This document shows, in pieces, positions 10,472 through 22,985 of a DNA stretch of 64,000 nucleotides. Position 1 is the first letter of the stretch. Every line of letters starts with the position of its first letter. The notes under the pieces are model-generated. The model searched no databases and was not told where the DNA came from. It saw only the letters and a program-made list of their open reading frames with translations. Origin of the DNA: Selaginella moellendorffii (taxonomy: Eukaryota > Plantae > Lycopodiophyta); the NCBI RefSeq assembly GCF_000143415.4, contig NW_003314270.1, positions 2,349,048 to 2,413,047 of the forward strand, read 5' to 3'. Both the position numbers and the translations under genes were made by a program.

Positions 10472-12024
10472 ATGGCGTGGCGGTCGTTCAACGCGCTCGT
10501 GAATGATCCGCAACTGCTCATCTTCGATTCGCGCGAGCAATCGCACTTCGCGGTGGCGCACATCCGGAATGCTGTGTGCGTGCGTGTCAAAGGTGCGTCG
10601 CTCGAGTATGTGATGGGCGCGGTCTGGTCCCAGGATTACTGGTGGGGAAGGGATGTTCTTCTTGTTCCTGGGGTGTGGCCGACGAAGGAGGAAAAGAAAG
10701 AGAAAGAGAAAGAGAAGAAGCGCAAGGCAAGCGAAGTGATTGTCGATCCAGTTGCCAAGTTTTTAATGGAGGAGAATCGTGTCAAGTCTCTGAAAATCAT
10801 GGAAGGTGAGCTAGATTTCTTTCGTTGCTTTTTCGCGAAGAAATCTAATTCTTTCGTGTCTGGCATAGATGAGGAAGGCGGGGACCCGTTTGCCTGTTTC
10901 TCAAAGCGATATCCTTTTATCATATGTAAGTCTGTCAAACCTTGGGCGATTCCAAGCTATCCAGCTGAGGTACTCGCATCAAAAAATTCTCTTTTTATTC
11001 TCATTTCCTGACTCTTGGTTTTAAGATTATACCTCGGTTCCTATACATGGGAACTTGGGAACACGCGAACTCCGTGCCCATTCTCAACGATCTTCACATA
11101 ACATACGTATTGACTGCTCATACCGAGCGTTTAAAGGAAATCAAAGGATGCACGCACAAGTACTTCGACATTTTTGGTGAGCTCCTTTGATTTTTTTCCA
11201 GGAATATTAAAACTATTGCTCGTTCGCAGATGAACCGAACGCAAATATAACTCAGTATTTCGAACCGGCATTCGAGTTTATAGAGGAGGCAAAGAGAGCG
11301 AAAGCTCGGGTGCTCGTCCACTGCGGCGCTGGAGCCAGCCGCTCCGTGACCTTGTGCGCTTACTACCTGATGCGTGTCCAGCACTGGGGAGTCGACGAGA
11401 CAATCAAGTGAAGTGCTGTTCCAAGGTGTTTCGAAACCGACGTTTGTGTGTAACTTGTGAGTTTATTGTTTCTCGATTTTGTAGGTTCCTCAAGGAGCAG
11501 CGCAAGGAGGTTGATCCCAATCCAGGCTTCATCAAGCAACTGCGTGAAGTCGAGAGGAAACGAAGCGGGAGGCCAGCGAAAGAATTTGTTGTGGAAGTTC
11601 ACAAGGTTTGCCCGTTTTTTGTTCTTCGTTTCTTCCTTATATAACTTATGGTATCCGCTATCGCACAGAGTGGACAGATCGTCGACACGATCAACCCCTG
11701 CGAGAAAGAAGAGCTGATCTTCGGTCGCCAAACAACTTGCGACGTCGTCTTGGATCACGCATCCATATCGAGACAGGTACGAAATGGTTTCATTGAATCC
11801 TCTCCTTTTTTGTACTCTTCTCGCGGGAATTCATCGCAGCATTTGTCTCGCAGCACGCGAAATTACTCTGGAGCGGAGAAAGTTTGCATTTGGTCGATAT
11901 GGATTCGGTCCACGGAACTTTCGTGAACAAGAAAAGGGTCGGGAAGAGCAGGCAAGAGCTCCAAGACGGTGATTTTATGGCGTTCGGTGCCAGCACAAGG
12001 AAATATGTGGTACGCGAGATTTAA
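10472..12024 (+). CDS. Dual-specificity protein phosphatase with N-terminal rhodanese-like domain and C-terminal FHA domain
   Basis: Rhodanese-like LLIFDSRE..FAVAHIRNA. DSP motifs: YPAEIIPRFLYMG, DEPNANI, VLVHCGAGASRS (HCGAGASR at 11319-11342), AYYLM, PNPGFIKQL. FHA motifs: IFGRQTTCDVVLDHASISRQHA, DMDSVHGTFVN, FGASTRKY. Stop at 12022-12024. Confidence 0.88.
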
Positions 12025-12159
12025 AATGGGAAAAGATGCACGGGGATATTCTCCTCGATGTCTTTTACTAGATCGCATTATTTTCGGACCGGTCTGGAGG
12101 GAAAATATTTCTTGATCTAGGGCTTAGGGTTCTTGCGGGGCGATGGGGAAGAAATTGCA

Positions 12160-14264
12160 ATGAGCGGCGCGAGGGCGTACCGCAACGGCAGCAGCACAGC
12201 TCAGCTGCCGCCATTGCCCCGGATTTCCAAGATTCCTCCCAAAGTATGGGGGATGCAGCATCAGTCGACCAGTAGCCGGGATTGGAGCTCGAAATTCTGC
12301 CGATTCTTGAGCAATCGGCGCACTGGCCTCTATGTCGCGGCATTCCTGGCCTGCATCTCTCTTCTCATGCTCGTCAGCGATTTCAGCATTGTGTCGCTTC
12401 CCAGGCCGCCTTTGCAAGGTATCGGACTGTTACTCCTTCTTGTCTGTTTGTTCTTGGATCGAGTCTCTCCAGTCCCTGTTTGGTAAATTCCCAGGAGAAA
12501 AGCAAAGATCCATCTTTGGTTCCACGAATGCGGCAAATGAGACGAGTGAAGCTGCGGCAGGCGCCGCGAGTGTGGTCGAGTACCTGAGGCTGCTGCCTCC
12601 GACGTCTTTCCTTGATCCTCCGCTTCCTCATGGGCACCCTTGCGAGTCTTTCACGATGCCGCCCCCTCCTGCGGACAAGAAGAGGACTGGACCACGCCGT
12701 GAGTATCAGTCTTTCTCAAAGTTTTACAGCCAAAGTCTGGAACCTTACACTTGCGTGTTGCAGCCTGCCCAGTCTGTTACCTTCCAGTCGAGGAAGCAAA
12801 GAAGCTTTATCCTCCATCTGGCGTTTTTCCGTCTCTCATCGTCCAGAACCTCACCTATGTACGAGAAGATACTTCTACTGCGGCAACCTCGCCGGGATCG
12901 GCTTTTGGCGGCCATCCCACCTTGGAGGATCGCAAAAGATCACACAAGATAGAGGAGTCGATGCACTTGTACTGCGGGTATGGGTTTTTTAAGTTTCTAT
13001 TCTGTCTACTCACATTGTCCAATGCTCTTCCAGTTTTGCCAGGGGAATCAAACCCGGTGTTGGTTCTGGTTTCGACATTGACGAGTCCGATTTGTATGAC
13101 ATGGAAAAGTGCCATGGCATTGTGGTTATCTCTGCCATCTTTGGTAAGCTTTCTACGGCTGTTTCGTCTCGTCTTATTCATATTGTTCTACAGGAAACTA
13201 TGACCCCTTGCAGCAGCCCAAACACATCAGCGAGCATAGTAAGAAAAACGTTTGCTTTTTCATGTTTGTCGACGAAGAGACCCAGGCAGCAATCATCAAG
13301 AGGGGTGGTTCTTACTCTAGAACTAAAAAGGTTGGTCTGTGGAGAGTGGTGACAGTCCACAACATTCCTTACTTAGATCCAAGGCGCACTGGGAAGGTAG
13401 GTGTTTACAGCTTGTGAATGATATGGAATCACTCAACGTTTCCTTCTGTGCAGATCCCGAAACTTCTCTCGCATCGCCTATTTCCAAATGCAAGGTTCTC
13501 TCTGTGGATCGATGGCAAGCTCGAGCTCGTGGTTGATCCCTACCAGATTCTGGAAAGGTATGTCCGTAGTTTGGTGAAACAATCCTGCATGAACGTTTTT
13601 TCTTTTCTCAGATTTTTGTGGAGAACGCACGACACCTTCGCCATCTCCAAGCATTACAAGCGCTTCGACGTTTTCACAGAGGCAGAAGCTAACAAGGCAG
13701 CTAGAAAGTACAACAATGCCTCCATTGATGCGCAGGTGAATTTCTACCGCAAGGAAGGACTGGTGCCCTACACGACTGCCAAGCTGCCAATCGTTAGTGG
13801 TATGATACAAAGAATCGCGGGTTTGGGATTCACTAACTTGTGCTGCTAGACAGACGTTCCCGAGGGTTGTGTCATCGTCCGGGAGCACACACCGCTGACA
13901 AACTTATTTACGTGCCTGTGGTTCAATGAGGTGGATCGTTTCACATCGCGAGACCAGATAAGCTTTGGGATCGTCCGGGACAAGATCATGGCCCAGGTTC
14001 CATGGCGGATCAACATGTTCCTGGATTGCCAGAGACGAAACTTCGTGGTGCAGGTAACTTTTGATCTTGAGTAAGAGCAATCTTTGATCTTGGCGCTGGT
14101 TTGAGCAGGGATATCATCGAGACGTGATCGAGCAAAGACGAGCTGCTAGTTCCAGGCGGCCCCCGGCCCCTGAGTTAAGCACCGCGAAAGCTCCGCCACA
14201 CCGCTTGCAAGCTCCCACCGCCAAGAACGCGAGGAGCGTCAGACATAGCGGCAAGGTTGCATAA
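12160..14264 (+). CDS. DUF616 family glycosyltransferase (MUCI70/TOD1-like), type II membrane protein
   Basis: TM segment LYVAAFLACISLLMLV; HPCESFTMPPPPADKKRTGPRPCPVCYLPVEEA; FGGHPTLEDR; SAIFGNYD; DPRRTGKIPKLLSHRLFPNARFSLWIDGKL; LWFNEVDRFTSRDQISF; DCQRRNFVVQGYH. Confidence 0.92.
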
Positions 14265-14472
14265 AAATTTCTCTCCCGGTTTTGGTTACCTGTATAGGAG
14301 ATTCGTTTGTCTCTTTCCAGTTGATGGCTGTTGTGAATTACAATGGCCTGAGACGATTTTTCGAAGAGAACCTGTGCGCGAGTTTTTTTCTTTTTCTTAG
14401 AACTCGTACGTACGATCAAATCCTGTGCTAAAATGCGTGTTACCAAATAAAATACACGACACAAACCTCCGC

Positions 14473-16533
14473 TCACTGGTTGTGGTAAATGCTTTGCCTT
14501 GTCCGGACTGATCGCGCAGTCCGACCGGTTTCAGTCCTACATTTTCCAATGTGTAAGTTTTTTCCCCTTGAAAATCCTGAAAGTTTACCTTGCTGAAACT
14601 CCCCAGGAGTCGTACGCTGAGACGATTTCTGTGGATTCGGTGACTAGGCCAGTCGTGTCCACCACTGGTCTTGAATTTACGAACGGATGGTCCAAGAGTT
14701 TCGACGCTGTTGGCCGTTTTGAAGGATCCGCTTGCAAGCACTCTAAGATAAAATCTCGAGCGTCTCCTTGGATGGAGTCGGGAATTTCAGGGAGCGCCCC
14801 ACGACCAACTCTGAAGAAGACGGTGTTCTAGCATAGTGAGGAAGGGGTAAGAAGCAGCGCGAGCAAAGGAGATGGCAAGACAACGTACCCATTCCCAGTC
14901 ACTAAATGGAGGCTTTCCGGTGGCCATTTCAAGAACAGTGCACCCCAAGCTCCAGATATCGGCTGGAAAACCTGCTGTTTTCTTCGGGTTTATAACCTGA
15001 AAGACACTGAGAAGTTGTGAGCATTTTGTGAGACGGGTAAAGATTGCCAAGGCCAACCTCCGGAGCCATCCAGTACACGCTTCCCTTACAGGATCTCATG
15101 CTGTCTATTTTCTCCAACTAAAAATGAGGTAGAAAAGTTGTTTAGAAAGGTCCTGAAGCACAAGAAATAACTTGCCTGCTTGGCCATTCCGAAATCAGCA
15201 AGCTTGACCGTTCCATGAGCGTGAACAAGAATGTTCGCGCACTTTATATCTCTGTAGAAGCCATGAGGTTGCGGTTACTATGTGCGCTGCCACATTGTTT
15301 CATATCATACCTGTGCACAACCTTCTTCTCGTGTAGGTACTTGAGTCCAGAAAGGATCTGCTTCGTATACTTCCTAATTTGTTCGTCGAACATTTCAAAG
15401 TGTTTGTACTGAGATACGATAGACCCCTGGGTCACCAGCTCCAGAAAAATGTACAGCTTGTCTTTCGTCTGGAAAGGATAAGTGAGAATGCCATATCAAT
15501 CGAGAAACCGTGTAAGCACCTTACCTTTTGTGTTCCTAAGTATTGAACAATGTTTTCGTGTCGGAGGTTACCCAACAAATTTACCTCCTGGAAAAGCATC
15601 CTGTCAGGGCAATTGTTTAACGACTGAAAAAACTCTCACCTGTTGCAGCTGAAGACCACTTTGGTCATTTGCGTTGGAAAGAGGGACCTCCTTCACCGCA
15701 AAATAGTTCCCATCACTGCAGAAGAACGAACGTAGAAGTTTAGAAGCAAACATGTTGAAAGATTTCTAGTACCTGCCAACAGCCCGATAAACCGAGCCGA
15801 AGGACCCAGATCCCAGCAACTCGAGCTTCTTCCACGAACTCCAGGATAGCCTTGTCGTCAAACTTGTTGGCTGTGGACTTTGCTCATAGTCCACCGCCTC
15901 AGTTGGATGTGTATCATCTGAGGCCTGCGAATCCATACTCCGGCCCTTATCTTCACCCCCATCACCCGAGCTGCTGTGGCTCCTCGAATCCGAGCTCCCA
16001 TCGTTTAGAAAAGTAAAGTCCCGATCCGATACGGCGGCTTGAGCCTCGCCACGATCGCGATCATATGAAGTGGAGGGTGAGTCCGGACTAGAAGACAAAG
16101 GACTGAGCTGCCGCGTTGTATCTTCCCGAGATTTTTCCTCGAGAGAGTAGCTACGGGGTTGATCAACCTCGAGAGAGTTCCTTGAAAAAGGCGGCTCAAA
16201 CGATCTCGTCCGGTTGCCCAGCCTAGATGGTAGCACCAATTTAGTGCTTGGATTCTCAGCTTCCGGATGTCCTCTGAATTGCAACTCACCAGAAGAGGGC
16301 CGGCTCATCCTGTTATTCCATTCGCTTGCCGGAATCCCCAGCATATCTGGCCTCGTGATACCAATCCTGCTGAGCATATTCGACACGCTCTCATCGTCGT
16401 CTCCATCCAACCTGAATAGATCCTTCTCATCGCCTGGCTCGGTCGAATTATAGCTTGTGTTCCTCCCCAATGCGTTCACTCTATCTAACCGCCGCCTCCC
16501 GCTAGATCCCGAGTGAGAAAAATCCTTCTCCAT
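14473..16533 (-). CDS. MAP kinase kinase kinase, MEKK1-like
   Basis: N-terminal [34 protein letters not shown] resembles the plant MEKK1 clade. Kinase motifs: [60 protein letters not shown]. Confidence 0.93.
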
Positions 16534-16997
16534 CACGACCTGGACGCATTCTACCAATAGATTTACGAGATTTCCATGCCGCCGCGCGTCCTGGGAGAAT
16601 CTAGCGCCCGCATTCTAGCGATTTCTAGCTCCTGTGCTGTGCCCACCAATCCCTAGTTGCAGTGGCGCAGCTCCAAAGCCTCCTCCAGGCGCGACCATCG
16701 CGAAAACCCTACGCGCTCAACCTAAAGGAGGGAAACTATTTGCCAGCTAGACATCTGAGCTGACACTGCTAGAGCCGTCGGATCGAGACTCGCCATGTAG
16801 ACTTTGTCAGTGAGCGCGCTTCGGTCAAATAGCTCGGTGAGCGACCGCGGACCGTCCAATCTGAGCACATCTTGGCCGTCCACGCAGGCCATTAGTGCAT
16901 CTTTGTGCCTCGTTTTTCTTTCTCTTCGTTGGATACAACTGCTACTCTTTGGGATTTCTTTTAGTATGTGTTCTTCACGAGGGGGAGTGGATCGATC

Positions 16998-18945
16998 ATG
17001 GCGGCTGCCAAGGAGCGAGGTCGCGCGCGCCTGGATTCGTCGCTCATGTCGCCAGCCCTCTCGCAGCGAGCTGGAATCGTCCAGATCGTGCGGGATCAGC
17101 TAAGCGCGAGCCCGGCACTGGGTAAGCATCTCGCCCCGCCAGGATGATTGATCCATCGCGCATTCTCAGATTTTCTAGGTCAAATGTAGGCTTCCTGTAG
17201 AGGATTGCACTCTCGATCAGGTGTTTGTGGCTGAAATCTTCGATAATTTCTTCCAGACAAGCACTACCATGCCTGGTCCCAGGAGACGATCGACAAGGTC
17301 GCCGAGAAGCGAGCGACGGAGATTTCTACGTTTTTGGATGCGCTGAGAAGCGCTCGCCAGGAGCTCCTAGACAACGAAGAGACGCCATTCTCATGGAAGG
17401 TAGTGTAATCACATCTTCGATTTTCCCTCTCTGATCGAAAGAAGGTTTATTTTGGTGGTTTTGTCAGATCAAGGAGGAAACGGATGTTATGCGTGTTATG
17501 TATCGGCCAGGCCCAGAAGGCATGCCATTCCACACTTATTGTGTTGAAGGCATTGTGAATGGACCCATGATGAATGGTAGGAAAAAAAAATTTCTCGGAT
17601 GGTTTTCTCAAGCTTTGGCCTTTTGGGATTTTTTTTTCTTTGTCGCAGCTATCTGTGTGGCTTGGGAAGCTCCAGCGTTTTATACATGGTATGTTGGAGC
17701 TTTGTTTCTGCGAGTTCCTCGTTGACGTCTAAACAGGTGGCCGCAGTTTAACATGCCGACGTTCAAAGTTGTGGAATCCAAATGCGTGAAGAGAATTCGC
17801 GTCGGCGAGGATCTGTGTCATATAAGGTATGCGGCTGCGTTGTGGTTTCAGTGTTAACTAAGTTCTCCAGAGTCAAGGTACCGTGGCCTCTGGCGCAACG
17901 GGAGGTTCTCATGACCGAGTTTGAGCTGGAGTACTTTGAGGACGACGTTGTGATTGTTACTTTTGGCACGGTATGCTCGAAGTCCCTGTGTTTCTGCTCT
18001 TAGCTGTTTGCAAAATCGACATGTGTGTAGGCTCCTTCAGATCCAGACGAAGGTGAAGAGGAGATTTATGGATTCTCTGCGGACGAATTACCCCCTGCCA
18101 CACAGGATGTCGTTCGCATGGAAATTTCAGGTGGATTTATGCTGCAAAAGATGACCAACGAGCAGAGCTTCTTCAGGTAGTTTGAAGCTTGTCGACGTTC
18201 TCCGTGTTTCCAGTTTCACCTCAGTGTTTCGCAGGACGTTGGTCAATATGGATATAAAGCTCGACTTTGTTCCACCTTGGGTGATCAACTTCATCACACG
18301 GCAGCTCGTTGGCAGTGGCTACAAACTTTATCAAAAGGTACGCGTTGCCTACAAGTTTGTGCTTTTCTAAACCACTCAGCGGTTTGTTCCCAGGCCGTGC
18401 TATCTGCAAGCCAGCATAAAGTCTTCCAAAAGCTCATGGCTTCGGAGCCTTTGTACCATCGCATCAAGGACGGCATGAAACGATCAGAGAAGAAGCAAAT
18501 GGAGACCAAGAGAATCACCGCTGACACTGCCACTGACAAAATCGAAGAAGTAAAGGAAGCAGCTTCGACATCACAAGAGCTGGTAGAGCGATTTCGTGCG
18601 GAGAAACTCCAAGCCCCCGACCGGCAAGAGGTCATCCACATCGACTCAGAGGTGGAGCGTGCATTGCAAGTTCTAGACAAGATCATCGAGCTCGTGGAGG
18701 ACATGAAGTCACAGACAGCGTCCTCGGAAGCGGCGACAGCATCGACGAGCGCATTAGAAAACGGCGACGTGGCGAAATCGTCACTGCTCAAGAACGCCAA
18801 GAAAAATCTCGCCAGTGACACTAGCTGCTTTGGCTCTGGAAGAAGGCCACTTCTCCAAGCAACGAGACAACAGACATCCAAGCTAGCGTTGCTCAAAGAT
18901 ATTTTAAGGGGAAAATATAAAGGGAGGGATGGGATTTCCCGTTAA
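16998..18945 (+). CDS. START/SRPBCC (Bet v1-like) lipid-transport superfamily protein
   Basis: Multi-exon: WKIKEETDVMRVMYRPGPEG.PFHT..VEG..NGP, WWPQF..PTFK, RVKVPWPLAQRE, GGFMLQK, MDIKLDFVPPWVINFITRQLVGSG, matching a conserved plant START-like family as recalled. Confidence 0.8.
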
Positions 18946-18976
18946 AATCTTTAAACTAGGGTTCTTCGGGTGAGCT

Positions 18977-19745
18977 TTGGCGGGAACGCGATGGGCCAGT
19001 AGAATGCGGGTATTACTGTGGATTATGGCGCAAGCGATGATCTGGGGGACGATTTTTTCAGGTCTTGGATTGCTGGGAAGCTCAGCGCGGCGACGGGGCT
19101 GGATCTTGCCGCCTCGGCCCTTGGCCAAGACCGGGAAGACTCTTCAAATTGTGAGTTCGTGGTTTCTTGCTTGCGGATGTGATTGATCGATGCGATGCGT
19201 CTTGTTGCAGCGATGGATTTGGACCTTGATGGAGGTTTCAACAAGCTAGCCTCGTTCAATAGATCTCGAGGCATTGACGCTGCGACGGAGAAGAATGCTG
19301 ACACAGGATCCAAAACTAAACAAGTGAGTTCTCTTTTTTCTCTTGTCTTTGCAAGCTCTAGGTTCTTGCACAGAAAGGATCCTCTAGTATCCTCGAGACA
19401 ACCTACATGTTGATCTCTCCGGCCTAGGAATGACAAGAGCGCTGACACAGGATCCAAAACTAAAAGAAGTGAGCTTTCTTTTCTCTTATCCTTGCAAGCT
19501 CTAAGTTCTTGCACAGAGAGGACCCGTTTTTTCTCCTGTATCGACGCAAGCTACCTGCTGATCTATCCGACCTAGGTTCTAGGAATGACAAGAGCGCTGA
19601 CACAGGATCCAAAACTAAAGAAGTGAGTTCTCTTTTTTTTTTTTTGCTTTAGAGGCTAGGCTCTAAGTTCTTGAGGATACAGTCTTCTCCAGTATCTTCT
19701 GCTCGAGATAAGCTTGTTGATACCAAGACATTAAAAAGTGAGTTT
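18977..19745 (+). pseudogene. Truncated, decayed copy of the At4g18490-like gene (exons 1-3 plus ~3 repeat exons)
   Basis: Reverse-complement homology to ~25700-26630. The exon-1 donor is deleted, the exon-2 acceptor is CAG>CAA, and no C-terminal exons are present. Confidence 0.8.
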
Positions 19746-19887
19746 TTTTTTTCTTTTTTGGCCAAACTTTTATTTTTTGGCCAAGTTTATAAGAAAGGGT
19801 GGAGACTAACCTTTTGCAATTACTGTTTGTAAACCCTACACCCCGGATATCCGTTTAGGGCAAAAGGGACCGAAGGTCGCAGGCGCG

Positions 19888-20682
19888 ATGGTGCTGTGGG
19901 AGCTCACTCTGGCGACGGCGTACTTCCTTGGGCTCAAGCGCACCTATCGCCTGGCACTGAGGATCCAGAGAAAGGTCCTGCCCAAGAGCGGGCGCCTCCG
20001 GTGTTTCGCGCAGAGGTATGCTTGATCTCCCTTGATCCTTAAACCGTGTTCTTGCTGCTTGTCTTGAGCTAGTTTTGCTCCATAAGTCGAGAATGCTGGT
20101 CGGCATCTTTTTCTTTCCGTGCTCTTGTTCGAGAGTAGGATTTGTCTTTCCCCTTAGAGGAGCTACTTGTCATAGTTTTGCTCCATAAGTCGAGAGTACT
20201 GACCGACATCTTTTTCTTTTCAAGGCGGACGCGGTTTGCATTTGACACCGTCATCAAGATCCAGAAGAAGTTCGCAGCATGGGACATGTCTGCCGGCAAA
20301 CGGCTTGGTAACTGGATTCTGAGGAGATCTCCTGCCGCTCCACAAATCGGGAAAGATCCTCCTCTCGAGATCGAGAAAATGCCAACGCTTCCTCCCGTCC
20401 GAGCTATAGCGCCACCATCCTTCAATCCTCTCGGTAAGAGCTTCTTTCCCTCCTTTTTCTTAAAGAAATACAAACTTTTCGTTCGCAGGGAGCTTGAAGT
20501 CGAGCTGGAGGCCACTGAACAAGGACATCGAGAAATCCCAGAGACTTTACTCCGTGCTCCCGGGAGAAGTCTCGTACGAGAGGTCTCGTCTCAAGAGCAG
20601 CATCATCCGCGAAGACATCGCCATGTACGCAAACCTCCCGCTCAAGTACAGCAGCAACACGAGATCGAGCTGGACGGTTTGA
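19888..20682 (+). CDS. Small conserved plant protein of unknown function (MVLWE-x-TL family)
   Basis: 3 exons: MVLWELTLATAYFLGLKRTYRLALRIQR..|RTRFAFD..GKRLGNWILR..|..IIREDIAMY..*, matching a conserved uncharacterised land-plant protein as recalled. Confidence 0.8.
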
Positions 20683-21093
20683 TGGATTCCGTTTTTGCGT
20701 CGGTCAGAGTTCCGGTTTCCAGCGACGATTTTGTCCTCCTTTTGCCCTCTCCTTTGTCCCTGAGGTATGCATCGTTTTGGTTTCGATCAGCCGTCAAAAG
20801 TGACCATTTGGTTCTAACACGACTGAGAAGGAAAAGCTTCGAGTGTCATTTGCAGGAAGACTCTGAGAAACAGAGATTGTTCCATAGATAATGAAAAACG
20901 TCCCGGAGTCCCGTGTCAATCAAGAGATCTTCTCGGAGGTACTTCTTAGATCAAGCTTTTCAACACTCTGGCCTCCCATTTGTGCACTGTCGATAAGGCA
21001 GGGAATGGGCGGCCACTGTCCTAGAGCTACTGGGATATGGGATTTGACCAGGAAAGGGAGACGAAGAAGAAGAAGATAGATAAAAAAAATGGG

Positions 21094-21192
21094 TCTCTCT
21101 CTCTCTCGTCTCTCTCGTCTCTCGTCTCTCTCGTCTCTCTCGTCTCTCGTCTCTCTCGTCTCTCGTCTCTCTCGTCTCTCTCGTCTCTCGTC
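21094..21192. repeat. Compound microsatellite (TCTCTCG/TCTCTCTCG)n
   Basis: Directly visible. Confidence 0.95.
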
Positions 21193-21680
21193 TTGATCGA
21201 TGGAGACCACTTTATAAAGTTCCAGAGAGATGGGTCGCAGGTCATATAGCTACGGCGGGACCAGAGGCTCGTGTAGGCAGTCCTCGTCAATCTACAGAGA
21301 AAAAGAAGCAAAGCCATGGAGATTAGACGATATTGATATCTCTACATTGCGAAGAGCATCTTCCCGCAAGAGGACGACCCCAACAGATAGAATATAATAT
21401 GGGGAACAAGACAAGGCAGTTTGGGGGGGGTGTAAGGGATCGCGTGAAATCAGAGAAAGATGCCACAGGAGAAGAGGTCTCCCTCCATCGATCGATCCAG
21501 GCGCGCAAGTCAAGCTTCTTTCTTTTTCTCTCCCTCTCGCCCTTGAAATAAAGTTTTAAATCTCTTTTTTTTTCTGTACATATAACAGCAAAGGTGGCGG
21601 ACCAAGAAAATGAGCCAGAAAAGGAAAAAAGGTGGCGCAGCAAGATAAAGGAGAAAGAAAGAAAAAGAAAAGCTAAACAC

Positions 21681-22985
21681 TCAGTCGGACGATGAGAGCT
21701 GTGGAGACGAGGATGGATCGTCCGACGATGAGACACTGGACGGGGCGCGGCAAAAGAGCGCCCTCTGTTGCAAGTGCCTCATGCTCTGCTCCATGCTCAG
21801 CTGGACCATCTCCGACAGCATCTTCCTCGCGGTGATCTCCTCCTCCTCCTCGCCGCCGCCGCCGCCGCCAACCTCGCACTCCATGCCATCGATCGCTCCT
21901 CCTCCGCCGCCACCGCCGCCACCGCCGCCGCCAGCACTGGAGCTCCGCGCCGGCGACTCGCGCAGGAGCTCCAGCAGCGTGTGAGCCATCCGCTGCGCTC
22001 GCGGCGTGCCCTGCACCGTGAGCTCCAGCAGCCCCGGGATGGCCCCCTCGTCCAGGATCGCGTCGCGGTACGTGGATCGATCGCTCTGGCACAGCGCCAG
22101 CAGCGTCCCCACGGCGTGCTCGCGGCTCTTGCTGGATCCGTCCTCGAGCACCTCCACCAGCGTGAGGATCCCGCCCTCCACCTTGCCGATGGACGCCCGC
22201 GCGTCCTCGAAGGCGGACAGCGATTCCAGCAGCGAGGTGGCCTTGTCCGCGACGTTGCCCGATTTCTTGCAGCTCTTGAGGAGGAGGAGGAGTGGCGGCA
22301 CCGGGCGCGCGGCCAGGATTGGTGGGCGATTCTCCGGGAGCGTGGAGAGGTTGTAGAGCGCCATGACCGCGTCCACCTTGCCCTGGACGCTGCCCGAGGT
22401 GAGCATCTCCACCAGCAGCGGGATGGCGCCAGAGGAGCCGATGACGGGCTTGTTGCTCGGCGCGGCGGAGAGGGTGTAGAGCGCCGCGGCGGCGGATTCG
22501 CGCAGCGTGGAGCCGGTCTGGAGGAGGTCCACCAGCGGCGCCACTGCGCCCGACTTGACGATCTTCACCTTGTTCCTGGAAGAATTCGAGCGTGAGATAG
22601 CCTAGATACGAAGAACAAGGAAATCAATGCGAGGAACACGATACCTCTCATTCCCCACGGCGAGATTTAGGACCGCCAGGAGCGCCGCCTCCCTGGAATC
22701 GTGGCAGGAGGACTTGAGCATGAGAACCAGCGGCGGAATCACGCCCGCCGCCGCGAGGTAGACCCTCGTCTTGGCCGATGTCTTGGTGAGCCTGCGAATC
22801 TCTCTGGCGGCCCTCAATCTCACATCTCCTGCCCCAAACATGAAGGACCACACGATGTCCTGGATGTTCTGCTTGATCGATCCTCCCGCGCCGCCGCCCC
22901 CGGGCAGCATCGCCATTGGATTCTCGGGAGAGGGCTTGCCGAGCGTGAGTAGCTTGGAGCGCTCCATTCCCAGCTGGTAACGCAT
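21681..22985 (-). CDS. Armadillo-repeat protein (PUB-like ARM repeats, no U-box)
   Basis: Exons 22645-22985 (or start at 22967) and 21681-22575; AAREIRRLTK, AALLAVLNLAVGNERNKVKIVKSGAV.PLV, GKVDAVMALYNLS, REHAVGTLLALCQSDR, EGAIPGLLELTVQGT; poly-G/poly-E tail. Confidence 0.92.

Noticed and set aside
10472-16533. MKP-like phosphatase and MAPKKK as a functional cluster
   Set aside because: They are separated by an unrelated glycosyltransferase, and proximity in a gene-dense plant region is likely chance without synteny evidence.
20920-21317. RDE-repeat ORFs or a possible miRNA precursor
   Set aside because: Produced by the microsatellite; no conserved plant miRNA sequence or convincing hairpin seen.
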